NCBI GenBank assembly: GCA_964016885.1
Contig: OZ024743.1
Span: forward strand, 291,028,001 to 291,092,000
Direction: 5' to 3'
Source: Eledone cirrhosa
Lineage: Eukaryota
DNA: 64,000 bases
The notes under the pieces were generated by a model that was not told the origin of the DNA, did no database searches, and saw only the letters and a list, made by a program, of their open reading frames with translations. Made by a program: the position numbers and the translations under genes. Shown one piece after another: positions 38,612-53,366 of this stretch. Every line of letters begins with the position of its first letter. Positions within the stretch are counted from its first letter, which is position 1.

Positions 38612-40590
38612 AGCTAATTGACTTCATTCTCACACCTCAAATGTTCAAGCCCAGTATCAATAAGGTGATCACTGGGACACTCCCTGGCGCTGATGTCAAC
38701 AGTAATCATGATTTGCTTCTGATGATTCGAAGGCTTAAATTGCAAACGCTCCCTAAAGGGAACCACACGCATCTGGTTTGAATTAGAAACAAATTAAGAG
38801 ATCCTAGTATTTCAACAATATTTGAGTCAAACGTATGTGGCAGATTTGCAGCCCTCAATCTCCTAGAAGAATATATTAGCTCCTCAATGAACTGAATTAA
38901 TATTGAACTTCATGAAATAGCTTTAGAAGTGCTGGAGAGAAAGTGAAGGAAAAATAAACCATGGGCTTCTGATGACTATTGGCCCTATGTGAACTTTATT
39001 TGAGGAAGACAAGGCTAACAGCTCAGTAGACAAAACAAAAATACAACGTTGTGCATCGAGGGGGCAGTAAGACAATTAGGACAACCAAAGTGAACTGGTT
39101 ATCAGATAATTACAATAAACGACAAAGCTGGAATCAAAACGGGAAATATGCTAATTTATCGAAAACAACACACAACAAATGTCATTGATGATAAAGATGC
39201 CTTGCTCCAAACAGATGATGCCGACCGATGTCATCAGAAGATGGCCTGAACAATAGGAAGGCCCTTATAACCACTAACCTAGACATGACATCAGCATCAT
39301 GGACAATTCCACTAATAAAGACAACGTATCTGAGGATACTCCAATTGTCCAGGAGGAATTTGAAGAGGTAATGTACATGCTCAAAATGGTAAATACTCAG
39401 GTGTTGATAACATTTCATCGGCACTCCTAAAACATGATGGGTCAACAGATTTCAATGCATTGCGAGTAACTGTCAGAATATATGAGAGTCAAAGAAGTGG
39501 CCGAGGTAATGGGCCGAATCACTGATGATACCAATCCCCCAAAGAAGGAAGCTTAAGAATCTGCCTGAACTATAGAACAATCAATTATGGAACGTGATGA
39601 TGGATGGCAACTTTGACATCAGTCTCATTCATGTAATTAAATATCCCTATGCCCACTCGGTCACTTCATTTCGCTTGAATCACATCAGAGAGCTCTTCAG
39701 GACAACAATGAACGTTCGACAATGATGGCTTATTTCCTCGGTTCGTTTCAACATATTCCTGGAAAACCATTTAAATACATTTCAAGATCACCACATTCAC
39801 GTTTCCATTGGAATATGGCCCATTTCCAGCCTGTGATTTGCTGCTGACATTGACCTGTTAGTAAGCAGTGAAGCAGAAATCCAAGGGAGACACTACTGGA
39901 CTGGAAAATATAGAGGATCATACGAAATGGAGATCACCTCAGAAAAAAGCAAGCATCTACTTAATAGTCTCATTCAGAATATCGCAACCAGCGTCATATT
40001 TAACTGAGGAAGATTTGAAGGAATGGACATCTTCAAGTAACTAGGATACTCTCGGCTCAGAAAGAGAAGAGCGTAAATGGGCATAATGACAAAACTCGGC
40101 CTGACCATTCCTGTCATGGTGAAGCTGAATGACATATATAAATGCAACTCCATCAGTTTTTCAACGAGGTTCAAATTAATCAAGCCCTTGGTAACTTTGA
40201 TACTTCTGTATGTGTGTGAGAGTTGGATTCTCATAAATGTCTTGGAACAAATATTCCAGATGTTTCAGCACAAGTGTTCATCCCGTACACAGCGAACAAA
40301 TCAAACAACTCAGGCACCAAGTTAACAAACATGCTGTCAGGCAGGATCCATTCTTGTAACGGTGAAGGTATACCGCCAGGACAAATTGTCTAAAACCATT
40401 CTTCATGACACTGTCGAAGGAGGGACAGGCAAAGAAATTACTTGCCCAATATTAAAAGCTGGTCTTATCACAACAACAGGAACCTACTACGCAAGAGGGA
40501 GAATAGTGACCAGTGGCGACGGTTGAATAAGAAAGTCCCTAGCGTTATACACCAATGACTGGTTGCACCAGATATGGAAACGTGATTGAT
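38612..40590 (+). mobile_element. Degenerate RTE/BovB-like LINE ORF
   Basis: IDFILTPQ...PGADVNSNHDLL (APE C-terminus), CLNYRTI and FAADIDL (RT motif C remnant). Many stops. Confidence 0.8.
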
Positions 40591-40666
40591 ATATATGATT
40601 ATAAATATATATTCATTCTCTATCTCTTTCTCACTCTCTCTCTCTCTCTCTCTCTCTCTAATATGT

Positions 40667-40737
<71 letters not shown>

Positions 40738-40742
<5 letters not shown>

Positions 40743-41900
40743 ATACTTTGGGAGGGTCATGTTGCCAATAGGAAACAAACGCACCAGTTGCTTTCACTTC
40801 AATTTATTACGATTTGATGCAATTACTTGGTGCAGATACAACAGTCTTTATTACATCATTACTTCCTGGTTGGACAATATGGATTTCCATATATTTTTAA
40901 TTAATATAAAATCAAATTATCGGTAGACTTAGCATTAGAAAATCCATGTTTGATGTCACCGATGAGGCAAAAAACTCCAGGTAGTCTGAGGAAGTTGATT
41001 GATTATAATTGTATCTATCATTTACATATTGGAAATGAAATCGATATCTGGTGAAATTATTGTGCCATGTTCCCAGCATTGACATATATGCATTTGGAGA
41101 AGGAATGAAGTGTGACAAAAATACGGCAAAGATTTGGAAAGCAAGGTTTGGAAATATTGTGATAATATCCAGAATGGTATATAATAGTTTGGAAACAAGT
41201 CGTTGATGGTGATACAAATGAATTGAATAAACTTCTCAGAGGAAACCTATCATATGTTGTTGAATTCTCTGCTAGTATATATGTATTATAAAGACAAAAT
41301 TTGAATTAATCAAACCAATTAAAGATTTTTTAAAGTCCTTATGTATCAATTAGGAACATGAGTGAATGATAATATGCGTTAGAAATAATATGCTACTATG
41401 TGTGTAGAGTGGTACGAGAGGAGAACCAATGATGGTGCTACAATTTAAATTTCCGAAGACGATTATTCCAGAGCATAGTATATTAAAATAGATGTTCTGG
41501 AAGTGGATCGAGTGCTAGTGAAATTTGTATTTATTGTTGAATGTGTTCGATGTGAATTAGAGAAGAAAAAATATAAATGAATCGATTATGTTGAATCTGT
41601 CAATATAAACTAGATGTAAAAGGATGTCAAAGATATGTGGTCATATTCTAATTACAGATGAACATTTTATCATTTGTGATGTTGCAACATGAAGCAGTTT
41701 ATTGGAGAATTGAAAATGAAATGAAATATACTTAAGAAATTCAGAATTCAGTATATACATTCGCTTCGTTTTATTATTGACGGCAATTGTTACACACCTA
41801 CCAAATGAAATGTATTATTTGAAGACCAAGTAATTTAACCTCTTGCGGTTAATTTGTTCTTTTAAAATAGCTCAAGTATTGTGTTGCTACTAACGACTGT
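40738..41900 (-). mobile_element. Family B short 3' end joined to a highly decayed putative PLE RT remnant
   Basis: 40738-40810 is a clear family B end. The adjacent minus strand shows only faint RT-like motifs (e.g. IIGSPLVP). Confidence 0.4.
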
Positions 41901-42538
41901 GTTCTAAGAAAGCTAGGTAACAAGATTCCTGCAACTTAATAATAGAGTAACTGTTCGCATTCTGCATGCAGATATAGAGATATGTGTAATCGAATTGTAA
42001 GTATGAAATGATACATAACAAAATTTAAGAGAATAATGGAGACTAAATATGCAACCAGAGGAGTTTGTCCGCGTAAACTTTCTAAAAGAGTGAAGTAGGT
42101 GTTGTAAATTAGTAAACGAATTGACACGCGATGCATTCATTATGCACTATGCACATTCATAAATGCCAATAGGTTAAGCTTTTCAGAGACATACAACATT
42201 AATATAGTAAAAGGAGCCTTTGAGCTGCAAGTTGTGAATAAAGTATGAAATAATTCATATTAATTTATAATAGATAGAAATCAGTAAACGATTAAATAAA
42301 ATAGCCTCAAAGACAAGAATAAAGATATCTTCAAGTTTGTGTATATACATCATTCCATTTTTGTAAATATTTTTTCTAATTAGTATTCTAAATGTAAAGT
42401 TTGTACCTCCAAGATATTTACAATTTTAATAAAATCATAAAATCATAAAAGAAACGAAATTCCGAAGCAAATTGAACACAATCTACATCAATTAATTCTC
42501 CTAACTATAATGTGTATATACATATATATATATATGTA

Positions 42539-42643
<105 letters not shown>

Positions 42644-44100
42644 TGTATACAATATGTGTGGGGGGGGGGTATGTGTGTGTGTTTGTGTGTGCATGTGTGT
42701 GCATGTCTGTGTATGTGTGTTTGTGTGCGTGCGTGCGTGTGTCTGTGTGTTGTGAGCGTGCGTATAAATACTGTAAGTTTAGGGGAAAATAATATAATTT
42801 TAATGAAAAATTATATATAAATATATGTGTATTTCTGTGTGCGTCTCAGTGTATCTCTGAGTATATGCGTGTGTGAATATATTTGCATATTTGTTTGCTA
42901 ATGGCACAATGAATTGTTAACAATTGCCTATCTTTAAAATAATGATTCCTTAATTATTATGATTTTGTTCCTGCAAAAGTTAAAAGCCACAATAATGATT
43001 TAAAAGTTAAAATTACGTTTTGCTCTAAGCACAAATATCTCATTTATTTGCTTCATCCAAGTAGGGTACAAACATTAAGATTAATTTTCCTAAAGATAGT
43101 TGAAAGTCAGGATCGTCATAACATGCCATTATATCTAAGAATATATTCACCAGTATTATTGAGACCGAGGAGTTTTGGAAGTCTTTATTTGGTAAATAAT
43201 CAAAGCTCTCGGTCTGATGTCTGTATTGAAGAAAATAGAGTATGCAACAGCATTCCGAAACTATTTGTAGACGTGTAGAACAGAAATCAGTGTTCACAAT
43301 GGATTTTACATTCAGCCTTTTACTAATAAATTATTAATTCCTACGGTTTCTATTCAGCATCGTTTGACTCTGTTAAGCGAGAAGAATTGATATATATTGT
43401 GATGAATAGCCCACTGCAAGTATTCGTTGTGCTGGGAATCGAAATATGATGGCGTTACAGAAAGGGTATATGAACAAAGACGATGGGTTTTAATATAACT
43501 ATGCTAACGTTTCAGTTAACAAGACAGACAAAAGTACATGAAACCTACTGTAAATGTGGTCGTTAATTATACCGAAATATGTGTAGAAACATCACATAGT
43601 GACTTAGGTGAAGATGGGCTTAATTTGATTTCATCAACTGTAGTTGAATATCTAGACTCTAGATTCTAAAGCATAATTCAAATATATAAAATCTGTGTTC
43701 CGCGAAATTAACTGGGGTTACAGATGACAAGGTATTATTTCATAAGTTAAAACATATAATACCGTAAATAAATAATCCCTCAAAATGATGTTTATCATTA
43801 ATTATTTCATTAAAACTGCGAGCACAAATATTGTACGTAAAATATTCGTAGGGATGGTACGGTTTGGGAATCACGTAGTGTGGGTATTCTGTAAACGGTC
43901 AGATTCTGTAGTTGAAGTAAATGTGTAAGTGGTGAAGCCTTTCAGCATTATTTCTTCTCTTTGGCCAATGTTTACATTATCAACATATTTTGCATATATC
44001 AAATGTCATTTAACATTTTTGTTCCTTGTATGGTGGGAATCAGGATTGATCTTTGATAGATTTTCAAATATCTTGGTTAACGTATATATATATATATATA

Positions 44101-44584
44101 TAAACAATTAAGTTAAAAATGTACATCCACATATGTATACTGAAATACTAGTATGCATATAAACACACACACGTATACATATGTAGATGTACCGAGTTTT
44201 TCACTGGTCACTTTACTGTGAGTGTCCAGCTATTCTGTATGTAAACACACAGACAAACCGGTTTTTAGAGTCATACTGGTTTTTGAGGAAACACCTTTCC
44301 TCTATTCTCCCTGGAGAATAGAGGAAAGGTGTTTCCTCAAAAACCAGTATGACTCTAAAAACCGGTTTGTCTGTGTGTTTACATACAGAATAGCTGGACA
44401 CTCACAGTAAAGTGACCAGTGAAAAACTCGGTACATCTACATATGTATACGTGTGTGTATTCATATGCATACTAGTATTTCAGTATACATATGTGGATGT
44501 ACATTTTTAACTTAATTGTTTAAGCGTCAGTCATACAAAAGTGAGTTACAAATGAAACGAAATTTAATTTCGTTTCGTTATTTG

Positions 44585-44590
<6 letters not shown>
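44101..44590. mobile_element. Family E near-perfect palindrome (210-bp arms, 2-nt spacer) plus tail
   Basis: 44101-44310 mirrors 44313-44522 with about 2 mismatches. The tail at 44523-44590 resembles the family F tail. Confidence 0.9.
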
Positions 44591-44644
<54 letters not shown>

Positions 44645-44651
<7 letters not shown>

Positions 44652-45283
44652 AATTAGTATATCTACCAACATATATATATAGATGCATACCTATGCTAGC
44701 AAATATATAGGTTTTGTCTTAGTAACTTTGAGGTTCAATGCAAGGGGATGCAGAACAATTATATGAAAGACGTAAAATAAGAAAATTATAAAAATTAACT
44801 TACTTACTAAAATTTCACTCCAACTAATTAATTTCTGAAAGGGAATAAACATGGTTTCCGAATGGAGCAACACGGAGAATGCCTTTTGTCACCAGGAAGT
44901 CAATTCTCAGCTAAGTTCCCAGGCGATGCGTGGACATACGGAACTTATACAAAAATAATTCAGTGGATGGAAAAAAGCAAGCGAGGACTAAATTCCAAGA
45001 CATTGAAAAAATCACTGCCTACTTGGTCGGTGGCAAATTCAAAAGAATCAATCACGTGACATTGAGGTTAATCAGTGAGGAGTGGGGTGTTAAGAACACA
45101 GTAGCCGTCTTATTACTATGAACTATAGTAGAAGTTTTGGCAAATCTTTGCTCATCAAAATAATTTGGAGTTAATTATAAAGAATTAGTATATCTACCAA
45201 CATATATATACAGATTCATACCTATGCTAGCAAATATATAGGTTTTGTGTTTATAACTTTGTGGTTCAATGCAAGGGGATGCA
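44645..45283 (+). repeat. Direct repeat (44645-44750 / 45176-45283) bracketing unique sequence, possibly pLTR-like
   Basis: Shared TATAAAGAATTAGTATATCTACCAAC...GGTTCAATGCAAGGGGATGCA. Lies between (TA)n tracts. Confidence 0.6.
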
Positions 45284-45291
45284 TATGTATG

Positions 45292-45356
<65 letters not shown>

Positions 45357-45829
45357 CATGAGAAGAAAGAAGAATACTGCGTGGCTGCACATGGGTTACA
45401 TATGATAAAAATAGTCCTTCGTCAGTGATTTACCAACCATCATTGGTATTTCATCGCATTAAATATCATATACCTCAGGTTGGTGCGAGCAATAACTAAA
45501 ACAAGTTATTGGGACCAGTAAATCGCCTAAAGCGAGGGGGACAAGTAAACACCATAGAAGGATAAAAGCAAACCAAAGATAGGAAAAAAAACAAGCAACA
45601 TGGTTGTCCGGTCAGCATAAGCTGGATGGATTTCATGAGCGAAAGGTACAGACCGTCCGACGTGAGTGAGATGTAAGCAAGAAGAGACCCACTGTAAGCG
45701 AAACGGGAGGAAGTGAGAAGGGGAGAAACAGAGAGTGAGTGAGTGGAAGTGCAAGGAAGCGGTCAGTCGGGAGAAAGTGTAATTTGTCTAAAATTACAGA
45801 GGCAATAAACATAAAAGAATTACAACCAA

Positions 45830-46290
45830 ATTAAATAGAAAATATGAGTGGAACAGCAACATCACAACTTACAATTAAGGACAAAATGAAAACACACACA
45901 CACATAGAACAAACAACCAACCAGTAACATGTAAATAAATGAATAAATAAACAAATAGATAAATGAACATAAACACACACAGACACCCGGATGTGGCGCA
46001 TGCGCAGACTGAGCACACAACACACACACAGAAACAAGATGGCGTAGGACAGAACAAAGGAGAGGCACAGAAACAAAGAAAGGAATCCCCAGTCACTGAA
46101 GAGGTCACAGAGTGTGTGACGAAAGGACTATGTCTATATATAAACAACTATCTGGTTGTGGAAACAACCAACCCACCAGAAATGTATAAATTTATAAATT
46201 TGTAAATTTATAGATATATAATAAACTGAAGTGAAAGCAACTGGTGCGTGTGTTTCTTATTGACAACATGACCCTCCCAAAGTATAACAA
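45830..46290 (+). mobile_element. PLE family B 3' UTR (longest copy)
   Basis: LNRKYEWN ORF-end remnant as in family A, GCGCATGCGC, AAGATGGCG, hammerhead-like CTGAAGA-G-GTCACA gagtg TGTGAC-GAAA, and a short end followed by (TA)n. Confidence 0.85.
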
Positions 46291-46310
46291 TATATATATA
46301 TATATATATA

Positions 46311-46567
46311 TAGTAATAATAATAAATTTGGAGACTAAAATCCAAAGAGGGCTCGATAAGGATAAATATATATCAAATATATAAGAACCGTAGAGAAAAT
46401 ATTTATTAAAATAACAGATTAAAGTTTAAGCAAACAATCGCTGCTTTCACCCTTAACAGGACCTTCTGAAACTAAGAAAGTCAATCTTTGTTAGTTTCAG
46501 AAGATCCCGTTAAAGTTGAAAGCAGCGATTCTTTGCTTAAACTTTAAATCTGTTATTTTAATAAATA
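46311..46567. mobile_element. PLE family C mini fold-back
   Basis: Left arm is the reverse complement of 53025-53200 (with tail). Right arm stops at TTATTTTAATAAAT. Confidence 0.85.
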
Positions 46568-46590
46568 TATATATATATAAATAAATAAAT

Positions 46591-46621
<31 letters not shown>

Positions 46622-46654
46622 CATATATCCATACATACATACACACACACAAAC

Positions 46655-46746
<92 letters not shown>

Positions 46747-46814
46747 GTAACAAAAACGCTACGAAATATTTACCATGCCTCCAGAAAGTATGATGGATAG
46801 AAATTGTGACATAA

Positions 46815-46855
<41 letters not shown>

Positions 46856-47102
46856 CACACACACACACCTCCGATGTTTTGGTCAGACACAAACACTGTA
46901 TTTAAGGTTGTGTGACGCAATTTCGAGTGATAAGCGGACTTTAAACTCACCTGATCAATGAAACAATTGTTAATACTGTAAATAAAACACTTTTTGTACA
47001 GTCGACCATGTGACTCTTCACTATTTCACTATTGTTACTCCAAGAATAACCTACATGGTAATTCTCGTAAACTCGCTAGCTAACTAAGGAAACTTCTTGT
47101 TG

Positions 47103-47659
<557 letters not shown>

Positions 47660-47721
47660 ATATATATATATATATATATATATGTGTTGAGTGCTTGAAT
47701 TGAAATGCATCAATGTTTACC

Positions 47722-47783
<62 letters not shown>

Positions 47784-47785
<2 letters not shown>

Positions 47786-48050
47786 GTTATGCAATAATAA
47801 ACACCATAAGATAATTATTTCATTTACCAGTGGTTTATTGAAAGAAGATGCTAGATCTGTTTTCAGTCGCCAGAATGAATAAAATGCTATTTATTCATTT
47901 TGACGACTGAAAACAGATCTAGCATCTGCTTTCAAGAAACCACTGGTAAATAAAATAATTATCTTATGTTGTTTATTACATAACCAATAAGCTATGTAAT
48001 CTATATAGAGCATTCTTCTTTCCTGTACCTTTCCGACGGAATGTCTTCAT
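47784..48050. mobile_element. Family H fold-back, second locus
   Basis: Same arms and tail as 28170-28433. Hammerhead cores are mutated (TTGACGA, CTGGCGA). Confidence 0.85.
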
Positions 48051-48839
48051 ATATATATATATATATATACGGAACAAAAGCGCTAACCACTATTTACCAT
48101 ATCTCCAGAAATTAAGATGGATCAAAATTGTGACATAATCTTCAAGCGCTTAGACGATTTTATAAGATTACGTTAAAAGTAATGCATGTTAAAACCGATA
48201 GTCTTCGTCAAACGTATCATAACAAACGGAAATATCTAAAATCTGATTGTAAAATAGCAAAATCCTAGACGTCACTGTGTTCGTTATGCATGTTATGTAT
48301 GTTATTATGTGCTGGTATTCTGTATAGATATGGTAATATTTATTAAGATATTTTCCTTTTTCATATTTCACACCTACGAATATTTCTACATACACTTAAC
48401 CCCTACGTGGAATTTTTACACAAACCTTCGGATATTATTTCTACTGATTCGCAGTTTTCTGCTAGTTTTGATGGGCCTTTTTTGGAAATTAATATGTATT
48501 CATCTTTATTACATATTCATCTATACGAGATTAAGTATTTATCCAAAAACATACCGAATTACTTCTCGACAAATTAGATGTTATACGTAGATTTAGTTGG
48601 AAGGCACTTCTGTTTCACGTTGAAATAATGGCTACCGCTGCCAATGAGATATCTAACATTAATTCCATTAAGAAACCCCTAACCCAGAGTGAAGGACTTA
48701 GGCCACTTTGAAGCTGACCTGTAAGATATAGTCCTCACCACAAAGTTTTTTTTTTAAGAGCCATAATCTCTTCCAACATACAATTGTAGATGACATTAAC
48801 ACAATTTAATTCAAATAATTATGTTTTTTTTTATTATTA

Positions 48840-49540
48840 GACGAAAGAAAAGCATTTCATGAGCTAGATAAGGAAAAGAATATAACAACCGTATATTTAA
48901 TAGCATAACAAATAAATGTGAAAAGGACACCTACAACAAGTTTAATCATGAGGCCGAAGATATTGCCACAAATATTAAAGTAGACAATAGAGTTGAATTC
49001 TTAGTGGAACCTGAAAACTACATTACTCTAAAGAGTCACACACCTGATATCACAAACTGGCGTATCTATAAGTTAATAACTCCTGCCTTATAATTAGCAA
49101 GTGAACAACATTAAATGACATCTCTATTATGAATAAAAACAATCTCACACTGTGGGATAATACATATATCCTGCTCCATGGAATATCCATTTAAGAAAAA
49201 GACAAAATGCATAGTCTGATAATATCGGAATTTATCCCTCTATATCTTGGCCTCTTCTTCATAATGATTTAGACTTTGCTCGTTCTTTGTATACCTCAGT
49301 AATATGGAATACGACCTTATATTCCGTAAAACTATTGGGTAAAAGAAACAGAGGAATCTTTTGACGTCACCATTGTTCATAAAACAGTGATGAACTTTGT
49401 AATCTTATAGCCTTATACACTCTTCATAAGCTAATGTCTACATGCACCAACCATACGTTTGGTTTCTATCGTGACGATGGTATTTCGTATTCATATGGTT
49501 GTAACAGTCACATTCTAGAAAGATTGCGTAAAAATCTCGT
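48840..49540 (+). mobile_element. Decayed PLE RT, related to family C
   Basis: Remnants NHEAEDIA..IKVDNRVE, YITLKSH, YPSI, FDVT and GFYRDDG. Confidence 0.65.
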
Positions 49541-49929
49541 ACACTAAATCGTGAGAGGGTCATACTGGCATGGTCCTTAAACAGGGCCTCGGGACCTGTC
49601 AGAAGAAACCAACTCCAATTGATCAAGCTCGATCCCCAAGTGAGTCCAGAAGTATTCCAGCAACTTGTCCATAATATCGGAGCTTTAACTTCTCAGTGGA
49701 AAATGCAGCTGCTCTACCCGAGGAAAGACACTTGTCCCCCAGCTATGCACTCGAACTTGTAACACTACCCTAAAGTCCCCTCGTAAGAACCCCATTTCGG
49801 CCCTTTATATTCACGATCTGTTCTTGTTTTGTGATTAAACAATATTGATGATCATACGCAAGATTTGTGATGAATACCGAAGTAACGATTGTAAGTTTGT
49901 CTTTTCCACTTATCTCCCTTCTGAACAAC

Positions 49930-50550
49930 GAATGGTGAATCTAGCACATTACTGCACGAAACCCTGCAATGCTTGCACTTTATTCAACATTATGCCTTCC
50001 CTAAGTGGTGAACATGGCACAGAGATACTTGAACCTCTTCACTTGCTTCAGTGGAACTGTATTCACATATGGAGTGATTTGAGCGGATTTGCTTGAGAAG
50101 ATTATCTTACTTCATCGCACATATGTCCATTCCATCCGCGCAGCACTCGGCATTAAATTGTATTTAAGTGCATGTCGGAGATCACATAACGTGTTAAGAA
50201 ATACCATAGCCTCTGCACATTCCAGCCGAGTGATACTGCCACCGCCAGTTTAGATACAACATCGAAGCCAGCTGCACATATCAACCCTGATCATAACGAT
50301 TATGAGCAGGACAGGTGTCAGTACGCATATTGAATGGTTTCGATTTTGCGTCATTTATCCGAACAGAAATACACGGCATATGTATAGGGAGACCAGCGTA
50401 ACACGAAGCTGCTCATCGATTCTATGTACTAGAAGTACCATTCTTAGCCGATCCTTTGTAAAAGCGGTTGTGTACCTTTTCGATTTCTGCAAATCAATCA
50501 TCCACCTTTTTGCAGTACTCCCACGATCTCACAAAGATCTGCTGCAATCT
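49930..50550 (-). mobile_element. Decayed RTE-clade LINE RT fragment
   Basis: Minus-strand QIFVRSWEYCKKV and KQVKRFKYL resemble RTE RT motifs. Confidence 0.6.
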
Positions 50551-50677
50551 ATATTAAAGTCTCTCTCTCTGTAACTTTCTCTCTTTCTTTATATATATAT
50601 TGAGAGAGAGTGAGAGAGGGGGGGGGGGGGGCAGGCATAGATAGATAGAAGATAGCTGTACATATATAAACACGTAC

Positions 50678-50716
<39 letters not shown>

Positions 50717-50717
<1 letters not shown>

Positions 50718-53200
50718 TTTATTAAAATAACAGATTAAAGTTTAAGCAAATAATCGCTGCTTTCACCCTCAACAGGATCTTCTGAAACTAACAAAGTCAA
50801 TCTGTAAACGCAGAAGTGGATATTTCGAAAAACGTTGCAACCGGAGGAAGACAGGAAGACGATACTTTGGTTCGTGGAAACGTTCCCTGGCAAAGAACGT
50901 CATTAATAGGAGTGGTGAAAAACAGTTACGCGCAAAGACAGAACCACGTTTATGGTATAAAAGAGCTCGTAGACTAATGTTCTCTTAGGTGGTTCATAGA
51001 GACGTTCTCTGGGCGTCAGTGATTCTGCGGAGGTTACTGATCTTATCGGCCTTTTCCTTCTTTTCTCTATCAAGGACGAATTCCCCAACGCGGGCGGTGG
51101 TTTGTACCGTGATGATGGTCTTTTGACCATGACTAAGTGCGGACCTCGTCCTTGCGACAGGTTCAGAAAAGAACTCACAGCCTTCTTTAAAGGCTTCAAC
51201 CTCTCTATACAGATTGACGCCAATCTCTCGGTCGTTAATTACCTAAACGTTACCCTCAATTTATTGAATGGGTTGTATTACCTGTATAGAAAGCCTAATG
51301 ATACGCTTAATTACATAAGTAAGCATTCCAAACATCCTACCAGCATAACCAAGATCCTGGTAAGAAACGTTTCGTTGAGGTTTCCCGTCTATCTACTAAC
51401 GAGCATATTTTCAACGACCATTCCACATATTACAATGAAGCTCTTGCTCGGAGTGGATTTGTCGATAAGGTAGCATATACAGAGTTCGAAAATAGACCTA
51501 TTGGCTAAGATCTTTCTTTCCCTTATTACGAAGCATTTTCCCCTACACATAAATATAGTAACATTTTCAATAGAAATACTATTAAAATGTCTTACTCTAC
51601 GACACCTAACCTTGCACATAACATCACAGCTTCAAATTTAGCTAAACCCCTAGCCGTAGGAACACGTGCAACCCTGTAGTTAGTACTAACTGTAATTGTA
51701 GGAATCGGGTTGATTGCCCCCTATCCGGGAAATGCCTCTCTAGTAAAATTGTCTACAAATGTAAGGTTGAAACACCCACGTCCCGTAGGGCCTACATAGG
51801 GTTAACCGCCAATAGATTCAAGCAGCGTCTTTACATGAATACCCATTCTTTTCGTTACCCTCTAATAGCTTATATCTGGAGTCTAAAAGACAACCACACC
51901 CAATATAAGTTACACTGGGAGATCCTAGCTAGGGCTTGATCGTATAACGGAAATAAAAGATCATGTGACCTCTGCGCCGCTGAGGCCCTGGAAATACTCT
52001 ACGCCACAGACCACATCTTAAACAAAAAATCTGAGGCAATTTCGGCTTGTAAACATATATTGCACAAAACTTTCCTGTATTACATCCCCACGTTATACCC
52101 TAACGGATAGTACGATCTATACGTGGATACTTTACGTCTTGATATGGTAGCTAAGTATATGTTTTGTTTATACCATTACTTATTTGCATAGGTAAGTATA
52201 TATTACCTGTATGTTTTGTGAAGGTACGTATACATTCTCGTACGTATATTTGATTGTATATGTTATGGCGTATAATTTTATACTTTCTGGTACATATGGT
52301 TTGGTTATGTCTATACGGGTGTTTTGCGTCTGTGTGAGTATGCAGGTTCGTACGTATGTAGGGTGTGTGTACATGTGTACTTCATGTTTTGGTTGACTTA
52401 CGTCTCCGAACATTTGTGTATTTACATTTAGGTATGTGTGTGTGTTTGTTATATACGTATTTATTTATTTATATACGTTTATTTAATTATTTATTTGTAT
52501 ACACACATACACACACACACACATTTATATTCGCGTGGTTTTGTAAACCTAGGGTAAGTGTTTTCGCGTATGCTTGTGTATGTACGTATTTGCATGCGTT
52601 TATTTAATTTATATTACTTCTGTATTGTAATTATTTACTTTGTTCTTAACTCTGAAGCGGAGATTCATTCGGTCTCCTAGTTAGAATTTTAGTCTACGAC
52701 TTCTGCTATACCATTTACGTGGTTTTGTGTTTGCGTGCTTTGTTCTCCACGGTCCACATATGACGTATTATCTTCGTTTATTTTCGTTCTTTGCCAGAGA
52801 ACGTCTCTATGAACCACCTAAGCGAACGTTAGTCTACGACCTCTTTTATACCATAAACGTGGTTCTGTCTTTGCGCGTAATTGTTTTTCACCGCTCCTAT
52901 TATTGACGTATTATATTCGTTTTTTCCCCTGATTTGCCAGGGAACGTTTCCACGAAACAAAGTATCCTCTTCCTGTCTTCCTCCGGTTGCAACGTTTTTT
53001 GAAATATCCACTTCTGCGTTTACAGATCGACTTTGTTAGTTTCAGAAGATCCCGTTAAGGGTGAAAGCAGCGATTCTTTGCTTAAACTTTAATCTGTTAT
53101 TTTAATAAATATTTGGTCTACGGTTCTTATATATTTGATATATATTTATCCTTATCGAGCCCTCTTTGGATTTTAGTCTTCACATTTATTATTATTACTA
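50717..53200 (+). mobile_element. PLE family C (Hydra-clade-like), 5'-truncated, with inverted 3' copy at 50717-51012
   Basis: Motifs YRDDGL, YRKPN..Y....S.HP, CNCRNRVDCPLSGKCL, IVYKC..YIGLT, YIWSLK, CDLC and LNKKSE....CKH, with frameshifts. 50717-51012 mirrors 52794-53110. (TA)n on both sides. Confidence 0.88.
53038..53088 (+). ncRNA. Variant hammerhead-like fold (CAGAAGA core) in the family C 3' UTR
   Basis: AGTTT-CAGAAGA-T CCC gttaa GGG T-GAAA-GCAG cgattct TTGC-T-T-AAACT. All three stems can form. Confidence 0.55.
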
Positions 53201-53208
53201 TATATATG

Positions 53209-53320
<112 letters not shown>

Positions 53321-53331
53321 TGCGTGCGTTC

Positions 53332-53366
<35 letters not shown>

